Source of the DNA: the human T2T-CHM13v2.0 reference genome, Homo sapiens
DNA length: 64,000 bases
Assembly (NCBI RefSeq): GCF_009914755.1
Contig: NC_060933.1
Strand: one strand, 5' to 3'
The notes beneath the pieces were generated by a model. It saw nothing but the letters and a program-made list of their open reading frames with translations, searched no databases and was not told the origin of the DNA. Position 1 is the first letter of the stretch. Each line of letters starts with the position of its first letter. The position numbers and the translations under genes were made by a program. This document shows positions 17,081 to 32,934 of the stretch, in pieces.

Positions 17081-17670
17081 GGCTGGGTGCAGTGGCTCAC
17101 ACCTGGAATCCCAGAATTTTGGGAGGCTGAAGTGGGAGGGTCACTTGAGCCCAGGAGTTTGAGACCAGCCTGGACAATAGAGTGAGACCTTGTCTCTACA
17201 AAAATTTAAAAAATAACCATGCCTGGTGGCGCACACTTGTAGTCCCACTTGGGAGGCTGAGGTAGGAGGATTGCTTGAGCCCAAGAGGTTGAAGCTACAA
17301 TAAGCCATGCTCAGTGCCACTGCTCTCCTTTATTTTCCTTGTTTTCTTTCTTTCTCTCTCTCTGCAATTCTTTATTTTCCTTGACATTTTGGACACACTT
17401 GGGAGGCCTGCCCTGCTGTCCCCAGAAAACTCATGTAAGGAGGAAACATTGCTCTCTCCTCAATGTATGTGTGTGGCATCATCTTGACATCAGAACCAAA
17501 TTTTGGGTGGAGGGTCTATCCTGCTCCTGCAGAGTGTCTGCAACCCCTAGCATGGAAGGATGTCTTGGTCTCTCTCCTTCATGGGCTGCCATATGAGTGC
17601 TGCCTCCAACTCCAACACATGGCATCCAGCCTGGGCGACAGTGCAAGTCCCTATCTCAAAAGATAAAAAG
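17081..17670 (+). mobile_element. AluJ split by a ~300-bp non-Alu insert (17329-17624)
   Basis: Alu stops at GCCACTGCTCTCC and resumes at TCCAGCCTGGGCGACAG. Confidence 0.8.
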
Positions 17671-17782
17671 AAACTAAGAGCCTAGAGGAAAAGACAAGAG
17701 TAAACAAATGACCATAATTTTATAACGTTGTGTGCTACGGGAGCCCAAAAGAATAAGTGGCTGAATTTTTGTTCTAAAATAA

Positions 17783-18394
<612 letters not shown>

Positions 18395-20120
18395 CTTTGT
18401 TCTAAAAATTAATAGATTTAGTCATTCCACAGTGTATCCATATTTCAAAACACCATGTTGTATACACCATTAATATGTACATTTTATTTGCCAAAGATAA
18501 ATAATAATTAGCCAAAAAAAAAAAAAAACAGTTTCAATCTGCCATGGTTAATATCAATGATTCATCATCTGAGTAAATGCATATAATCCTTTGAACTTAA
18601 TACATCATTTCTCTTAAGTATAACAGTTTCTCTTGAAAAGCTCTACAACTTACTGTCTCATACTTCCGCCTTACTCTATCTCATTATCATTAGAAGATGA
18701 AAAGCTCATCCTAACTTTTTACAATGAGCAACATTGTCTACTTAGTATGGTTTCCCAAAAATGCAGTGGGTTTATTTTTTCCTTGTGTTCATGTGTACAT
18801 TATCATCATTAAGATTGCAAATTGTTTTTGCTGTCTATGCAGGATCTAAAAAAAATTTTTTTTGCAAATTGCACTGGAGTGGGGTCAGAGTGAAGGAAAG
18901 CAAAAGCACTAGGAAAGTTAAATGCCAATTTCAAAAGAAAACTTTAGGCAGTCTCATTCAAATATGCCTTTTGGAGTATATATAAAAATCTCAGATGTTC
19001 AAATTGCAGAGCACTTAAAAAGCAAGTATTTAAATGTTGAGGCATTCCATCATAGGATTCTGAAGTGAAGCAAATACAAACGATATATTTTGATAATAAA
19101 AATAAACACAAATGAAACATGCATAAAAGTTGGTTTGTTCAGGTAAATTCCTTGGAGGCCAATTGGCATTTCAATGGGTGGTGATAACAGAAAATGATTT
19201 TTTAGTATGCCCAAAGCTGATTGCCTTAACACCAACATAGAAACACAGGAGGTGATTGCAAGCTTTTAAAAAGTTACTTTGATTTCTATAGAAAAAGAAA
19301 ACATATTTTTAGCCATTATCTAAGGCACTTAGGAACAACAAATTGCACATGTGGATCTCAACTCAGAAAGACGGAGAAACGAGTCATTTAACATGCACTT
19401 ATCCGTGGCTCCCCTAAATATGTGGAGGGTAGTTGGAATCTTGGACAGCATAAAACACGATATAATGAAATTACTAATTATATCCTAGGAAACAAAACAA
19501 AACAAAAAAGCTTGAAGAAACTACAAACAATTTAGCACTTCCTCTATGGGAAGATCCCTATTTTAGAACGGTTCTGATTTGTCAAATTGATTTAAACATG
19601 CCAAACAGTGAAGAGTGGCCTAGGCAGGGGTATACAATCCCTGGGAGCCGTTAAGGAAAAAGACTCCTCCAGAGAAGAGGCTCCAAAACTGGAGGGGCTG
19701 AAGTGAGTTAGGAAGAGCTGGAATCCGGCTACTTTAGGAAAACGGAAATTCTGCAACATTGGATAGATGACAGCTAGTAAAAATGCAAAGATACAAGACT
19801 GTAAGGCTTTTCCTAGGATGAACAGAAAGGAAGCTTGCTCTAACAATGGGTAAATATGGCTGTTTAGAGCTGGCATCAGAAGGAAACCTGCATATCTGAG
19901 TCTCCAAGGAGTGTGGTTTTTCTGCCTGAGACAGCCTGAAAACGACATAAAGGTTTCGCTCAAAATAAGCCAATCAAGTTGGGTTTTGTGGTGATTATCA
20001 GCACTCAAAACACAGTAGAGAGGTACCACTTGTACTTCAGTGGCTCCGGCCCCTTATGTCCTCTTCTCATGTGTACTGCTTTGTTTAGAGTTAGTTGCGT
20101 TTAATAAAGACTTTTTTACT

Positions 20121-20464
<344 letters not shown>

Positions 20465-21089
20465 TTATTTAAACTCAGTGTAAGCCTGATTTATGCAGCC
20501 AAAGCTGGCAGCGATTGCAGTCTCTACCAAAATACTCATTACCGTAGGTGAAAGGAGAAAAAAGTAATCTTTCTACAGAGGCTCTACCTAAGGGACTCTA
20601 CATCCCTGTTCCTGGGGATGCCTTTTGCAGTGTTAAACAGAATACCGGCAATTAGTATGGACCATCTTACCTACCTACAGGTAAATGAGAAGGTGAAGAC
20701 GACCACACTTCACCAGAATCCTCGCATTACAAAAGAATCACAGGGTCTTCTCAGGTGTTTGCCTATAAATCACTAAATAGGGGAGGCTAATGACAGAAAA
20801 AAAAAATCCTACAGTACTGCTGATTAAATATCAATCAGTACAGAAGCAAAATACAAAAACAAAAATCAATCAGGACTTAGAACAAAAGCAAATAAAAAAT
20901 TATTTTAAAATGGAGATAACCAACCTAAAAGCTTAATAATAAAAACATTTTAATAGTCAATGTGGTGGCTCCTAACAGGCAGGCAGAGAATACAGAAGGA
21001 AACATGCAATCTTAGCTGTGCCAAGGTTTGTGAACCCAAACCTATCACAGAATTCGTAGGAGTTGAAGAAATGTGATGGAAATGGAGAT

Positions 21090-21218
21090 TTATTTTTATT
21101 AAGAGACAGGGTCTCGCTCTGTTGCCAAGGCTGGTTTTGAACTCCTGGGCTCAAATGATCCTCCCACCTCAGCCTCCCAAAGTGCTGGGATTACAGGTGT
21201 GAGTCACCGTGCCCGGCT
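21090..21218 (-). mobile_element. FLAM/Alu monomer
   Basis: Consensus. Confidence 0.82.
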
Positions 21219-21388
21219 GAGATTTCAAAAATTAAGCCTTCAAAAAACATTATTTTGTGTACTTTAAAAAAAAATGCAATCCAATGAGCAACATCTTTCT
21301 TATCTTTGTTTTCACTTCTGGGAAGCAGAAACTTTCTTCTTTTTAATGCTAGCCTTCAAGAAACACTTATATAATAGATTGCCGAGAG

Positions 21389-21727
21389 CTGAGGTTAGTT
21401 TCTTTGTTTGTTTGTTTTTTGTTGCTGTTTATTTTCTGCAAAGGACCAGACAGTAAATGTTTTAGACTTTGAGGGCCAAAAACTAGTGTGTGTGACTGCA
21501 GCCACAGGCAGTAAGTGTATAAGAAGAGCTGCATTCCAATAAAACTTCGTGAACACTGAAATTTGAATTTCATGTAATCTTTATGTATTTGACATATACA
21601 TATCTTTTTATTAAAAATATTTTTATTGCTTCAACCATTTAAAAATGTAAAAACATTCTTAGTTCACTAGCCCTACAAAACCAGACTATAGGCCAGATTT
21701 CACTTGGGGCTGTAGTCTGCAGACACC
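21389..21727. mobile_element. MER58-type hAT-Charlie MITE
   Basis: AAAGGACCAGACAGTAAAT..TTCCAATAAAACTT..GAACACTGAAATTTGAATTTCAT..GGCCAGATTT. Confidence 0.75.
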
Positions 21728-22054
21728 AACAGTCATTTGTATAAGCAAAGGCTGATGTAAGAAAATTGCACCCATTCAAGAAAGAGAAAATGGGTTGAAA
21801 CTGTTACAATTCATTGAGGACCATATTCACTCAATGTGAGAAATGAAAAGAACAAATATTTGTTGGAAACCTAGTGTTTCAAAACTGTTAGCCTCGTGTA
21901 GGGGCATTGAGCTAACAGTTTATGTATTTTATTGATTTACTCTTCACAATGATGCTATGGGATATTACACACACATATCCACACAAACTGAGTCTCAGAG
22001 AAATTAAATAACTTGCTTGGACCTGGTACCCAGCTAGGATTTGAACATGGGTCA

Positions 22055-23094
<1,040 letters not shown>

Positions 23095-23978
23095 GGTTGG
23101 TCTTTTGAGAAAACCCTAAATGATATCATCTGACTTAGGAAGAATTGAGTTTGTAGTGAAAACCAGGAGTAAAAACTGCATTCAACTCTTTACTTGAGTT
23201 GAAACTCAAGAAGCATCTGTTTCATTGCCAAGGTGAACAGAGGCCACATGAACTAGAGAACAGATGAGAGATATCAAGAATTCGCTGCTCTGCCAGGGCA
23301 GCAGCCACAAAGGCCACCCCAAATCAACCCAAATTGACTTCTGGGTGTGACCCCATAGTTGGGCAGGTTAACTCTCATACAAGAGCTAGTGGCTTCATAT
23401 TGCTGTTCTAAAATATGGCATTTATGCATGACTGCATTGGTATTGCAGAATAAATAAGTGAATAAAATATCACATTTACATTGACTTCTGGGCATTTCCT
23501 TTTTTCTCCCTTTTTTTAGAAGTGTAATATATACTCCTTTTGTAGAAAACTTAGCATAATATAGATAAGGAGTATAAATTTAAAATTATCCCTAGTCTTA
23601 TGTGTCAAAATAATCACGGTTAACATTCTTGTGTAGTATCCTTTAAATCCTTCTAGCCTTTTTTTTTTCTGAGCACATATACGTGTTTTAAAGTGAGACT
23701 ATACTGGGTAAGCTGCTTTTTATATAAATATATTGTGAACATATTTTTATGTCATTTCTCAAAGTCTGATTTTCATAATGTCTCTAAAAACAAACAAACT
23801 AGGGCAAAATGACCATAGTCAAGTAAGTTTGTGCGATTCTGCATGCTACGTCAGCCCCTGGGATATGAATGATGCATACTGGATCACAACAAAGACTCTG
23901 CAAAGAAATTCAGTAGAGAAACTTGGTTCACCTCGCCTACGTATCCCACACTTATCTAATCATAGGATCCTCCTATAA

Positions 23979-24392
<414 letters not shown>

Positions 24393-24399
24393 CTACTGT

Positions 24400-25180
24400 A
24401 ACCATCCATGAGAACTGAACATTGATATTGTTTTCAAATTTTCACTATTATAAAAAATGCTACCATGTACATTTTTTTGCAGCTAAATCTTTGCAGACTT
24501 TCATGATAATTCCTTGGGCATGCAATTGCTTTGAAAAGTAGATGAACATTTCTATGGTTTTTAAATTCTTACGGCCCAATTATCTCCTAGAAAAGTTGTG
24601 CCAGTTTGGATCCCCACTAGCAATATGTCCTTTTCCCCCAGTTCTTAACCAAAAGGGTGTTTTATATTTTTTAATCTGTACCAGCATAGGCAGATAACTG
24701 TACCTCACTATTTTATAATACATTTCTTTGAAAGCATAGCAAATATTTAAGAAAAGTTTATTGGCTGTTTTTATTTCTTATTTTATAAAATGTCAATTTA
24801 TATCATTTGCCAGATCTTTCTAAATATGTGTTCATTTTTTCATATTGACTTGTAAGTTATAAAGACATTAATCCTATTAATGGGCATTTTTCCATATCCA
24901 TATCCATACTTTTTAACTTTATTTAGGCTCATTTTTCATTTATAATAGTTTCACATCTTTAATAGTTTCTACCTTTAGTTTTGTGCAAATGATGATTTAT
25001 GAATCATGATTTATTAATCTTCACCTATATTTTAAGTGTTTTTATCATTTTACTTACATCTTTAATGTGTGTAGAATTTATTTTGATATACAGTGTGATA
25101 TAATTTGAATTATTCCTAGAAAATATTTTATTTAAACAAAATTTAGTAGATAATACATGTATTTCCCCACTGATTTGTGA
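24400..25180 (-). mobile_element. L1ME-like fragments
   Basis: Reverse-strand L1 3' motifs (TTGTTTTCAAATTTTCACTATTATAAA, CCCCACTAGCAATATG). Confidence 0.5.
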
Positions 25181-25185
25181 TGCCA

Positions 25186-26282
<1,097 letters not shown>

Positions 26283-26366
26283 CTAATCTTTTAGAGAAAT
26301 TATTGGTTCCTTAAAGGTTTGAAAGATGTTGTCTATATAATCTGGGCGCTGAAGTTCTCTGATATT

Positions 26367-26477
26367 TGTCAATCAAAAAATTAGTTCTGTCTATACAACT
26401 GTACCACCCATCAAAACTCTTGTCAGTTAAAAAAGTAGTTTTCAGTCTATACAACTGTACCACTCACAAAAACTTTT
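26367..26477. repeat. Imperfect ~55-bp tandem duplication
   Basis: Both units contain GTCTATACAACTGTACCAC. Confidence 0.85.
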
Positions 26478-26989
26478 CTAGGATGGTTTTAGAGTCATTC
26501 TATCAAGATGTCCAAAATTATTAGTTGATTTTATCTATAGTTACACCTCTCTTCTCATTCATAATATAGATTTAGATTTTCTCTTGTTTTTGTTTGGCTT
26601 TGTCAAAAGTGTGTCTATTTTATTGGTCTTTTCAAAGATCCACTGCTTGGGTTTATATGTTAATCTCATTTTATTATTTTCTCATGCTTTTCCTAGATAC
26701 TGTTCATTTTCAAATATAAATTGATCGCTTGGCTTATTTTTATTTTTTCATAGATGATAATGAAGCATATGAGGCTCTGAATTTTTCTGTAAGTACTGCT
26801 TTAGGGTATAGGGTATATTATGGATATACTGCTTTTTCTATTGTTTTAAACAGATTATAATTTGTATTTTCTGTTTTGATCTAAAAATTATTTTAAGACA
26901 GTATTTCAATCTCTACTTTTTTAGTCTTTCAAAATTATCCTTTTGTTATTAATTGCTCACTTTATTGCCTAGTGATAAAAAATGCAATC

Positions 26990-27112
26990 TTTTTTTAGAG
27001 ACAGTGTCTTTCTCTGTCACTCAGGCTGGAGTGCAGTGCGTGATCGCAGCTCATTGCAGCCTTGAACTCCTGGACTCAAGCCATCCTCCTGCCTCAGCCT
27101 CTTGAGGAGCTG
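26990..27112 (-). mobile_element. Alu fragment
   Basis: Consensus. Confidence 0.8.
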
Positions 27113-27339
27113 TGACTTTGCTTTTGATCCAAATTGAGATTCTAACTTTTAGTAGGGGGTTTAAGTGGCATGTGCATTCTATTTTCCTTCGTCTTATTTT
27201 GTCTTTTTCTTGTGCCTCCTCTTTTTCCTGGCTTTTGCTGTATATAAATAAGTCTGCTTTTGTTTTCTGCAAACTATGTAAGAATTGACTATACTTCCTA
27301 TTTATAATTTTCACCTCACGATTACTCCTCCCCCTCCCT

Positions 27340-28670
27340 AACCAGCTGTTTATTTCCGCCATTCTAATAAAATGGCTCTAATCAGTCACCAATAACCTCA
27401 GATTCCTAAATTCAGGGGACGCTTTTCAGCACTGGTCTTACTATACTCCTCAATGCCATTCAGCACAGTTGACTGGCCCACCCCCCACCTTACTCAACAG
27501 CCCTGCAATTTTCTGGGTTTTGTTTGTCCTGTTATTTCCTGAGCTACCTTTCTGCCTCCTCCTTCTCCTCCTCTTTGGTTCTAGGCTGTAACCACTTCTT
27601 CTCCCAGGTGATCTCATCCACTTCTTTGGCTCCAGTTACTGTTAAATATGACGATGACATCCAAATTTCCAGTCCAGTCCACTTCTTTTGAGATCTGAAC
27701 TAGTACATACAATCGTTCTCTTGACATTCCCAGTTGACAGGCACTGCAACCTCAACATGTCCAAAGATGAACCCATGCCCTTTCCCTCATCCACCCCCTT
27801 CTTTCCCCCTTTCCTCCATCCTCACCACTCTGCAGTAACATCTACCTGTTGCTCAGGCCATAGACTTGAGGGTCATTACCGGACTTTTTTATGCCTTACC
27901 CCCGACATCCTAACATCACCAAGTCCAAATGACTCTGCCTCTGATGTATTTCTTGAAACTATTCACTTCTTTCCACTGCTAACCTTCGGGTCTGGAAAAC
28001 CATCATCTTTTGCCTGGACAAATAGAAATCTCCTGGCTAGTCTCCCAGCTTCCACTCTTGTCCCTCTAAAATCCATTTTCCCTGGCACTCATAAAGAGCT
28101 TGCTGAAATACAAGTGGGATCGTAGCATTCTTCTGCTTTAAAGCTTCCAACAGATTGCCCCTCCCCTTAGAATCAAAATCAAACACCGTTTTACAACCTG
28201 CAATACGTGGCCCTTGTGAACTGGGCCCTGACAACCACCCCAGCACTTCCCTTCCCTTCTTGTCCAGTTTATATTCCAGCCACCCCACTGTTATCCTGTT
28301 CCTCCAAACGCTGGTCACATTCCTGCCAAACTCCTTCCACACTCCCTACACATTTTCTGAGGCTAGTTCCTTCTTGTCATCTAGGTCCCAGCTTAAATGT
28401 GAAGACCCTCAGGGAGTCCTTCCCTGCCTCCTCAATCTGTAGTAGCCTCTCCCCACCCTCCAAGTCACAATCACATCACCCTATTCTATTCTCGCCACTA
28501 TGCTTATCCCTATCTGAGAGTACATGGATAATCTGTTTACTATTTATTTCCCTCTACTAACAGAAACTCCCTGAACATAGGGTCCTTGTCTATTTTTTCA
28601 CCTTTGTATCCACAGTGACAACAGTGCCTGGCATGAATAGGTGTGCTCAATAAAATGGGTCAAATGAATG
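27340..28670 (+). mobile_element. L2 LINE 3' portion (~1.3 kb)
   Basis: GTCACCAATAACCTC, CTCAACATGTCCAAA, ACAGTGCCTGGCA..GCTCAATAAA..TGAATG terminus. Confidence 0.8.
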
Positions 28671-28729
28671 GTACACTCCAGTAAATCCCTTGCTGCTGTG
28701 ATGCAGGCATACAAAGATGCAGGGTTGGA

Positions 28730-28930
28730 TTCAGCAGATCCAAATTTAAACACTGTCTGTGCCACTTATTAGATGTGCCTCTTGGCAAGTTATCCAATCC
28801 TCAATTTCCTCATCAGAAATATGTACATAATAATAATTATCTACTGTACTGAGCTGCTGTAAGGATTAAATGTGAAAAACCTAAACACCCAACGCCATGA
28901 GTAGTTTACAATAAAAGCTTAATTAATACA
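28730..28930 (+). mobile_element. MIR
   Basis: TTGGCAAGTTA..CCTCAATTTCCTCATC..GTAAGGATTAAATG. Confidence 0.6.
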
Positions 28931-28957
28931 TAATAGCTAGTACATGTCTGCATAAAT

Positions 28958-28959
<2 letters not shown>

Positions 28960-28988
<29 letters not shown>
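28960..28988. repeat. (CA)n microsatellite
   Basis: Read directly. Confidence 0.95.
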
Positions 28989-28990
<2 letters not shown>

Positions 28991-29409
28991 TGATGCTTGT
29001 CTTTGCTTGGTGTTATGTTTCTACTGTTGAGCCAATGAAACCTCAACTTGTGTGTTCTTATTAATATCGTATCTCAAGAGCACAATCTGAGCTTACAACT
29101 TTCTCTGACCAGTTCCTAGTACACCCTGCACAGTTATGAGCTCTAAAAGCCTCTTAAAGTGATTTATCTCCCAAAATATAAATATTCCCCTCCAGCATAA
29201 CACAATGGTTTCAAGTGACCTCTATTGCATCTACTTCCTCAGAGGTCTGTGAATAGTAAATACACACAAGTCTATATAACTATTGCATGTGTTGAAAGGT
29301 ACAGGGTAAAATCATCTTTGCACTCATCCCAAAATCCTGCGAACACAGGTTAAAGAAGTAACTTTCATTATGGTGAAATAGCCCCCTTTTACAACACATA
29401 ATGGCTAGA

Positions 29410-32400
29410 ACAATTCAGTCTTTATCATTTATTATTTTTATTTGGACAACATATATACATATGTACAAAATACCTACTGTCAGAATCCTCTTTTATAATT
29501 TCATTTGATTTACAAAAACGGGACAGCAAAATAACTTAGGTCACTAATACTGTACAAAAATAAAACTGATTAAACAGTTGTAAAGATCAGTATCTTACAG
29601 TGTTACAGATCATCTGATGTGAAAGAACATCTCAATCTATCCGAGTGATGAGTACTGTGCTAAATCTATCTGCAAACTGACAAACTAATCAGTTTCTGTA
29701 ATTGTAACTACCAAATAGAATTCTCAAGAGAAGCATGATGTGGAGCTAAACCTTAAAGCCAGGGCATCATTCCACAATGGTGAAGGGCTTTCTTCTTCCC
29801 TAACCAAAGAGAGGAGATATCTTAACTCTAAAACTATTAAATTTTCCAGAATATGACAACTACTTACAGTATTAGATAAAACAACTTTTCTTTCTTTTTA
29901 AACACCTGCAATAGTCTTTCAAAAATTCAGTTTGGTTAAAAAAGTAAACAAAAATTACTATCCTGCATTTGGATTTTCATAAGTTAAATCCATGGTCTTT
30001 TTAATATAAAAAGTAATTGTTTCATAGTTTTAGTGTTCAATGAACTCTAGTAGTCCTATTTGAACCATATCTTGATATAGTAAATCTAATTAGAATGCTG
30101 GTTCCTGTTTTGTGACATTTTAAAACAGGATTTAATCACAAAGAATAAAAAGGCTTGAGTTTATACGTTACATTACTATAACATATAAGAGAATATCAAA
30201 TGTGTGTTTGTCAACAACTTGAAAAGGCAAGTAACAACTTTTTTGGGAAGTAAATTGTGCATTTTTTTAAAACAAGTTGCTGCATTTATATCCATCTAAG
30301 TGCTTGACAAAAGCCACATTTAGATTTACTCCTGAAACTATAAAGATTGTCTTTCACTGACTTTGCTTTGCTTTCTTTCGTTTCTTTCTGTGAGGGAAAG
30401 ATGACTTTTTACAAGTTAGCAAGTTGCTAGGCAACCCCAAACTCCTCACTCACTAAAAGGCAGCGTGCAGAGTATCATAAGCAGAACCATTCCATGAGCT
30501 CAGTGAGAAATAGGCAGCCTAACCTATTTCGTATGGAAGAACAGATGTCCTTAAAACTTATTTTGGACACAGAAATTAAAATTTGGTTTAAAATAAGTGT
30601 TTCAAAAATCTGAAACAGAGGTAGAAAGTGTTCTTTATTTTTCCTGACATGTTTTCTCGTGAGAAAACACTTTCCTTTTTATCCCATGGACTGCTCCCAG
30701 TCCCTAATGTTAAAAGCAGTTCTCTTTATAGAACTACTAATACAACTACGTTGGTTAAACAAAAAAACACTGTGCTAGTGATGGCTGTTGTATTGGAAGT
30801 TGGAGTCAGCCGTGACCCGCGCCCACTGCAGGAGCCCACACTGATTCTGAATCAGAAACGAGTATGGGTCAGGTGAAATAGGTAGGCACCCTATGTTTAC
30901 ACATTTCAGAGCGCAAGTATAAACTAGAGTGCACCATAGCTCCCTGTTTTAAATATCAGATAAAATCATCAGAAAGCGTTACTTCTGAAGAAAAAAAAAA
31001 TGTAAACATTTCCCCCATGATCACTGCTGACTCCCCTCATTTGAGGTCTTAACTACGAAAACTCAGTTCACTTTTCTGGCCTCATAAAGGCCACAGTTAA
31101 GTTTTCAGGTAAATGGCATAGATGGATGTAGTGGTTTCAGCCATTATAGACACCTAGATACAAGATATATTAGTGGTGAGGCTATTGATGTAAAAGATAC
31201 AGTGATGTGATTTCATTCGTAGTATTCCATGTTGCCTGCATTCTCCACAAGGGACGATTTTGCAGAGTCTCCTCTGAAATCATTGTGGTATTTTCCCTTG
31301 GTGTTCACTAGTTATAGGGGTTGATTTTTCTGTTCCTATTTCAGCTCCCTTTCCTTCTACATAACTCTTGCACCTGAGAGTGGGAGTTTTGTAGGAACAC
31401 AGGAAGGAGACCAACAAACCTTTTTCCCCAAAAAATAGGTGTTTCCAGATCTCATTACTGTTATGCACACATTCAAATAAAACCCAACAGAGTCAAAAGC
31501 TCTCTCCCCTAGTGGCATTAGGATACAATAATGATGTTAACTAAAAGCATAGGAAAATTTGGAAAAGTTAATAGAGTTAAAATTCTGTTGGTTCTTTTCT
31601 TTTTCTTTTGCAAAACACTACCCTCCTTCTCCTTCAGCATCTGTTGTGTATATTCTGCCCTCACATCTCTGCCATGATTTCTTAGGGAAACGTGTATATT
31701 GTAAAATAAGCAGATTATAACGTGGTGCCAAACAGAACATCTGCTTCTATCCTCAAAGCATGTATTTAACTTATTCATCCTCTGCATTAGAAAATAAAAG
31801 TGCAGCTTATGTTCAAAAAGTACAACTCATACAAAGCAAGGTTTAAAAGTTCTGTACTTAGTGTAACCTTTCAAAGGTTTGTCTTGATTAGTATAAATTC
31901 AGACTCTGCTTACCCATTGACTATAAGTAACTGTTTTTTGTTTTCAAGTCTTTAGATGACAGATCATGCTGGAGTAGATGTGCTCTTGCTTGCATAAAGA
32001 CAGCTGTGCTATGGCGTTTTTTTTTTTAATCTCAAAAGTTAACGTGATTCAAGAGAGTGGTTTTGCTAAACAAACTGAAGCACACTCGTCATTACATTAA
32101 AAGGTAAGAAAACAATTCTGAGAGACAGCAAGCATAAAGGGCCCAGAATCACTGTGCGAGGCCACAGGTCAACTCACCCAGCGGACATATGTACACCAGT
32201 GTTGAATCTTTAAAATTCTACCCCAGTCTTGGCCTTACCCCCCTCCCCCCCACCCACTCCCTACCCTCCCCCGCAAAAAAATAAAAGGAGAAAAAAAAAC
32301 AAAAACAAAAACCAAAAAACCCAAAAGCATTTGCCTTCCCTCCAACAGTCAGAGACGGGTTCAGAGAGTTGCCTCTTCAAGGGGACCGAGTGTTGTTGAC

Positions 32401-32592
32401 TTTGATCTTAGGCTACAATGTGCTTTTTAAAAACAATGCAGGGAGAGGAAAATCAGAATATTGACCAAAGAGCAGTGACTTCCTGTGCCGTCAAGTGTGC
32501 CTCTTCTGGGGCTCAGTTTTCACGCGTCTGTTTCCTGGGAGTACTTTTGTCCTTTCGGGGTCCATCCCTCCCTGGCTTCCACGGGCAGCACC
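29410..32592 (-). other. KLF9: KLF9 3'UTR (~3.2 kb; 3' end approximate)
   Basis: AT-rich stretch with no recognisable interspersed repeat, running from the stop codon to tandem AATAAA signals. Confidence 0.85.
29428..29442 (-). terminator. Tandem AATAAA polyadenylation signals (distal KLF9 PAS)
   Basis: tttatt at 29428-29433 and 29437-29442 on +; TGTA motifs lie just upstream in the mRNA sense. Confidence 0.75.
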
Positions 32593-32822
32593 TCACAAAG
32601 CGTTGGCCAGCGCCTTTTTCGATCGCTTGATCATGCTGGGGTGGAACTCGGTGTGCCGCCGGGCGTGCTTTGTGAGGTGGTCACTCCTCATGAAGCGCTT
32701 CTCACACAGCGGACAGCGGAACTGCTTTTCCCCAGTGTGGGTCCGGTAGTGGCGGGTCAGCTCGTCTGAGCGGGAGAACTTTTTAAGGCAGTCTGGCCAC
32801 GTGCAGGGAAAGGGCCGTTCAC
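32593..32822 (-). CDS. KLF9: KLF9 coding exon 2 (zinc fingers 2 and 3, C-terminus)
   Basis: Acceptor tttctcttag|GT at 32823/32822. Encodes [57 protein letters not shown]...ALANAL then TGA. 505+230=735 nt = 244 aa, frame consistent across a phase-1 intron. Confidence 0.98.
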
Positions 32823-32934
32823 CTAAGAGAAAGGAATCAGAAAGGATACAGCTCAAAGAACATGAAAAAAATTCCGAAGGGCGGTCATGGTCAATAGTCC
32901 CTACGACTCAAAGGATAAATCCCTCGGAGATGAT

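Noticed and set aside
27688-28560. 95-145 aa ORFs
   Set aside because: They lie inside the degenerate L2 element.
32798-32803. E-box CACGTG
   Set aside because: Lies within zinc finger codons (C-T-W) and is explained by coding constraint.
32823-32856. N-terminal [11 protein letters not shown] of ORF 32593-32856
   Set aside because: This is the intronic polypyrimidine tract upstream of the AG acceptor, not coding sequence.
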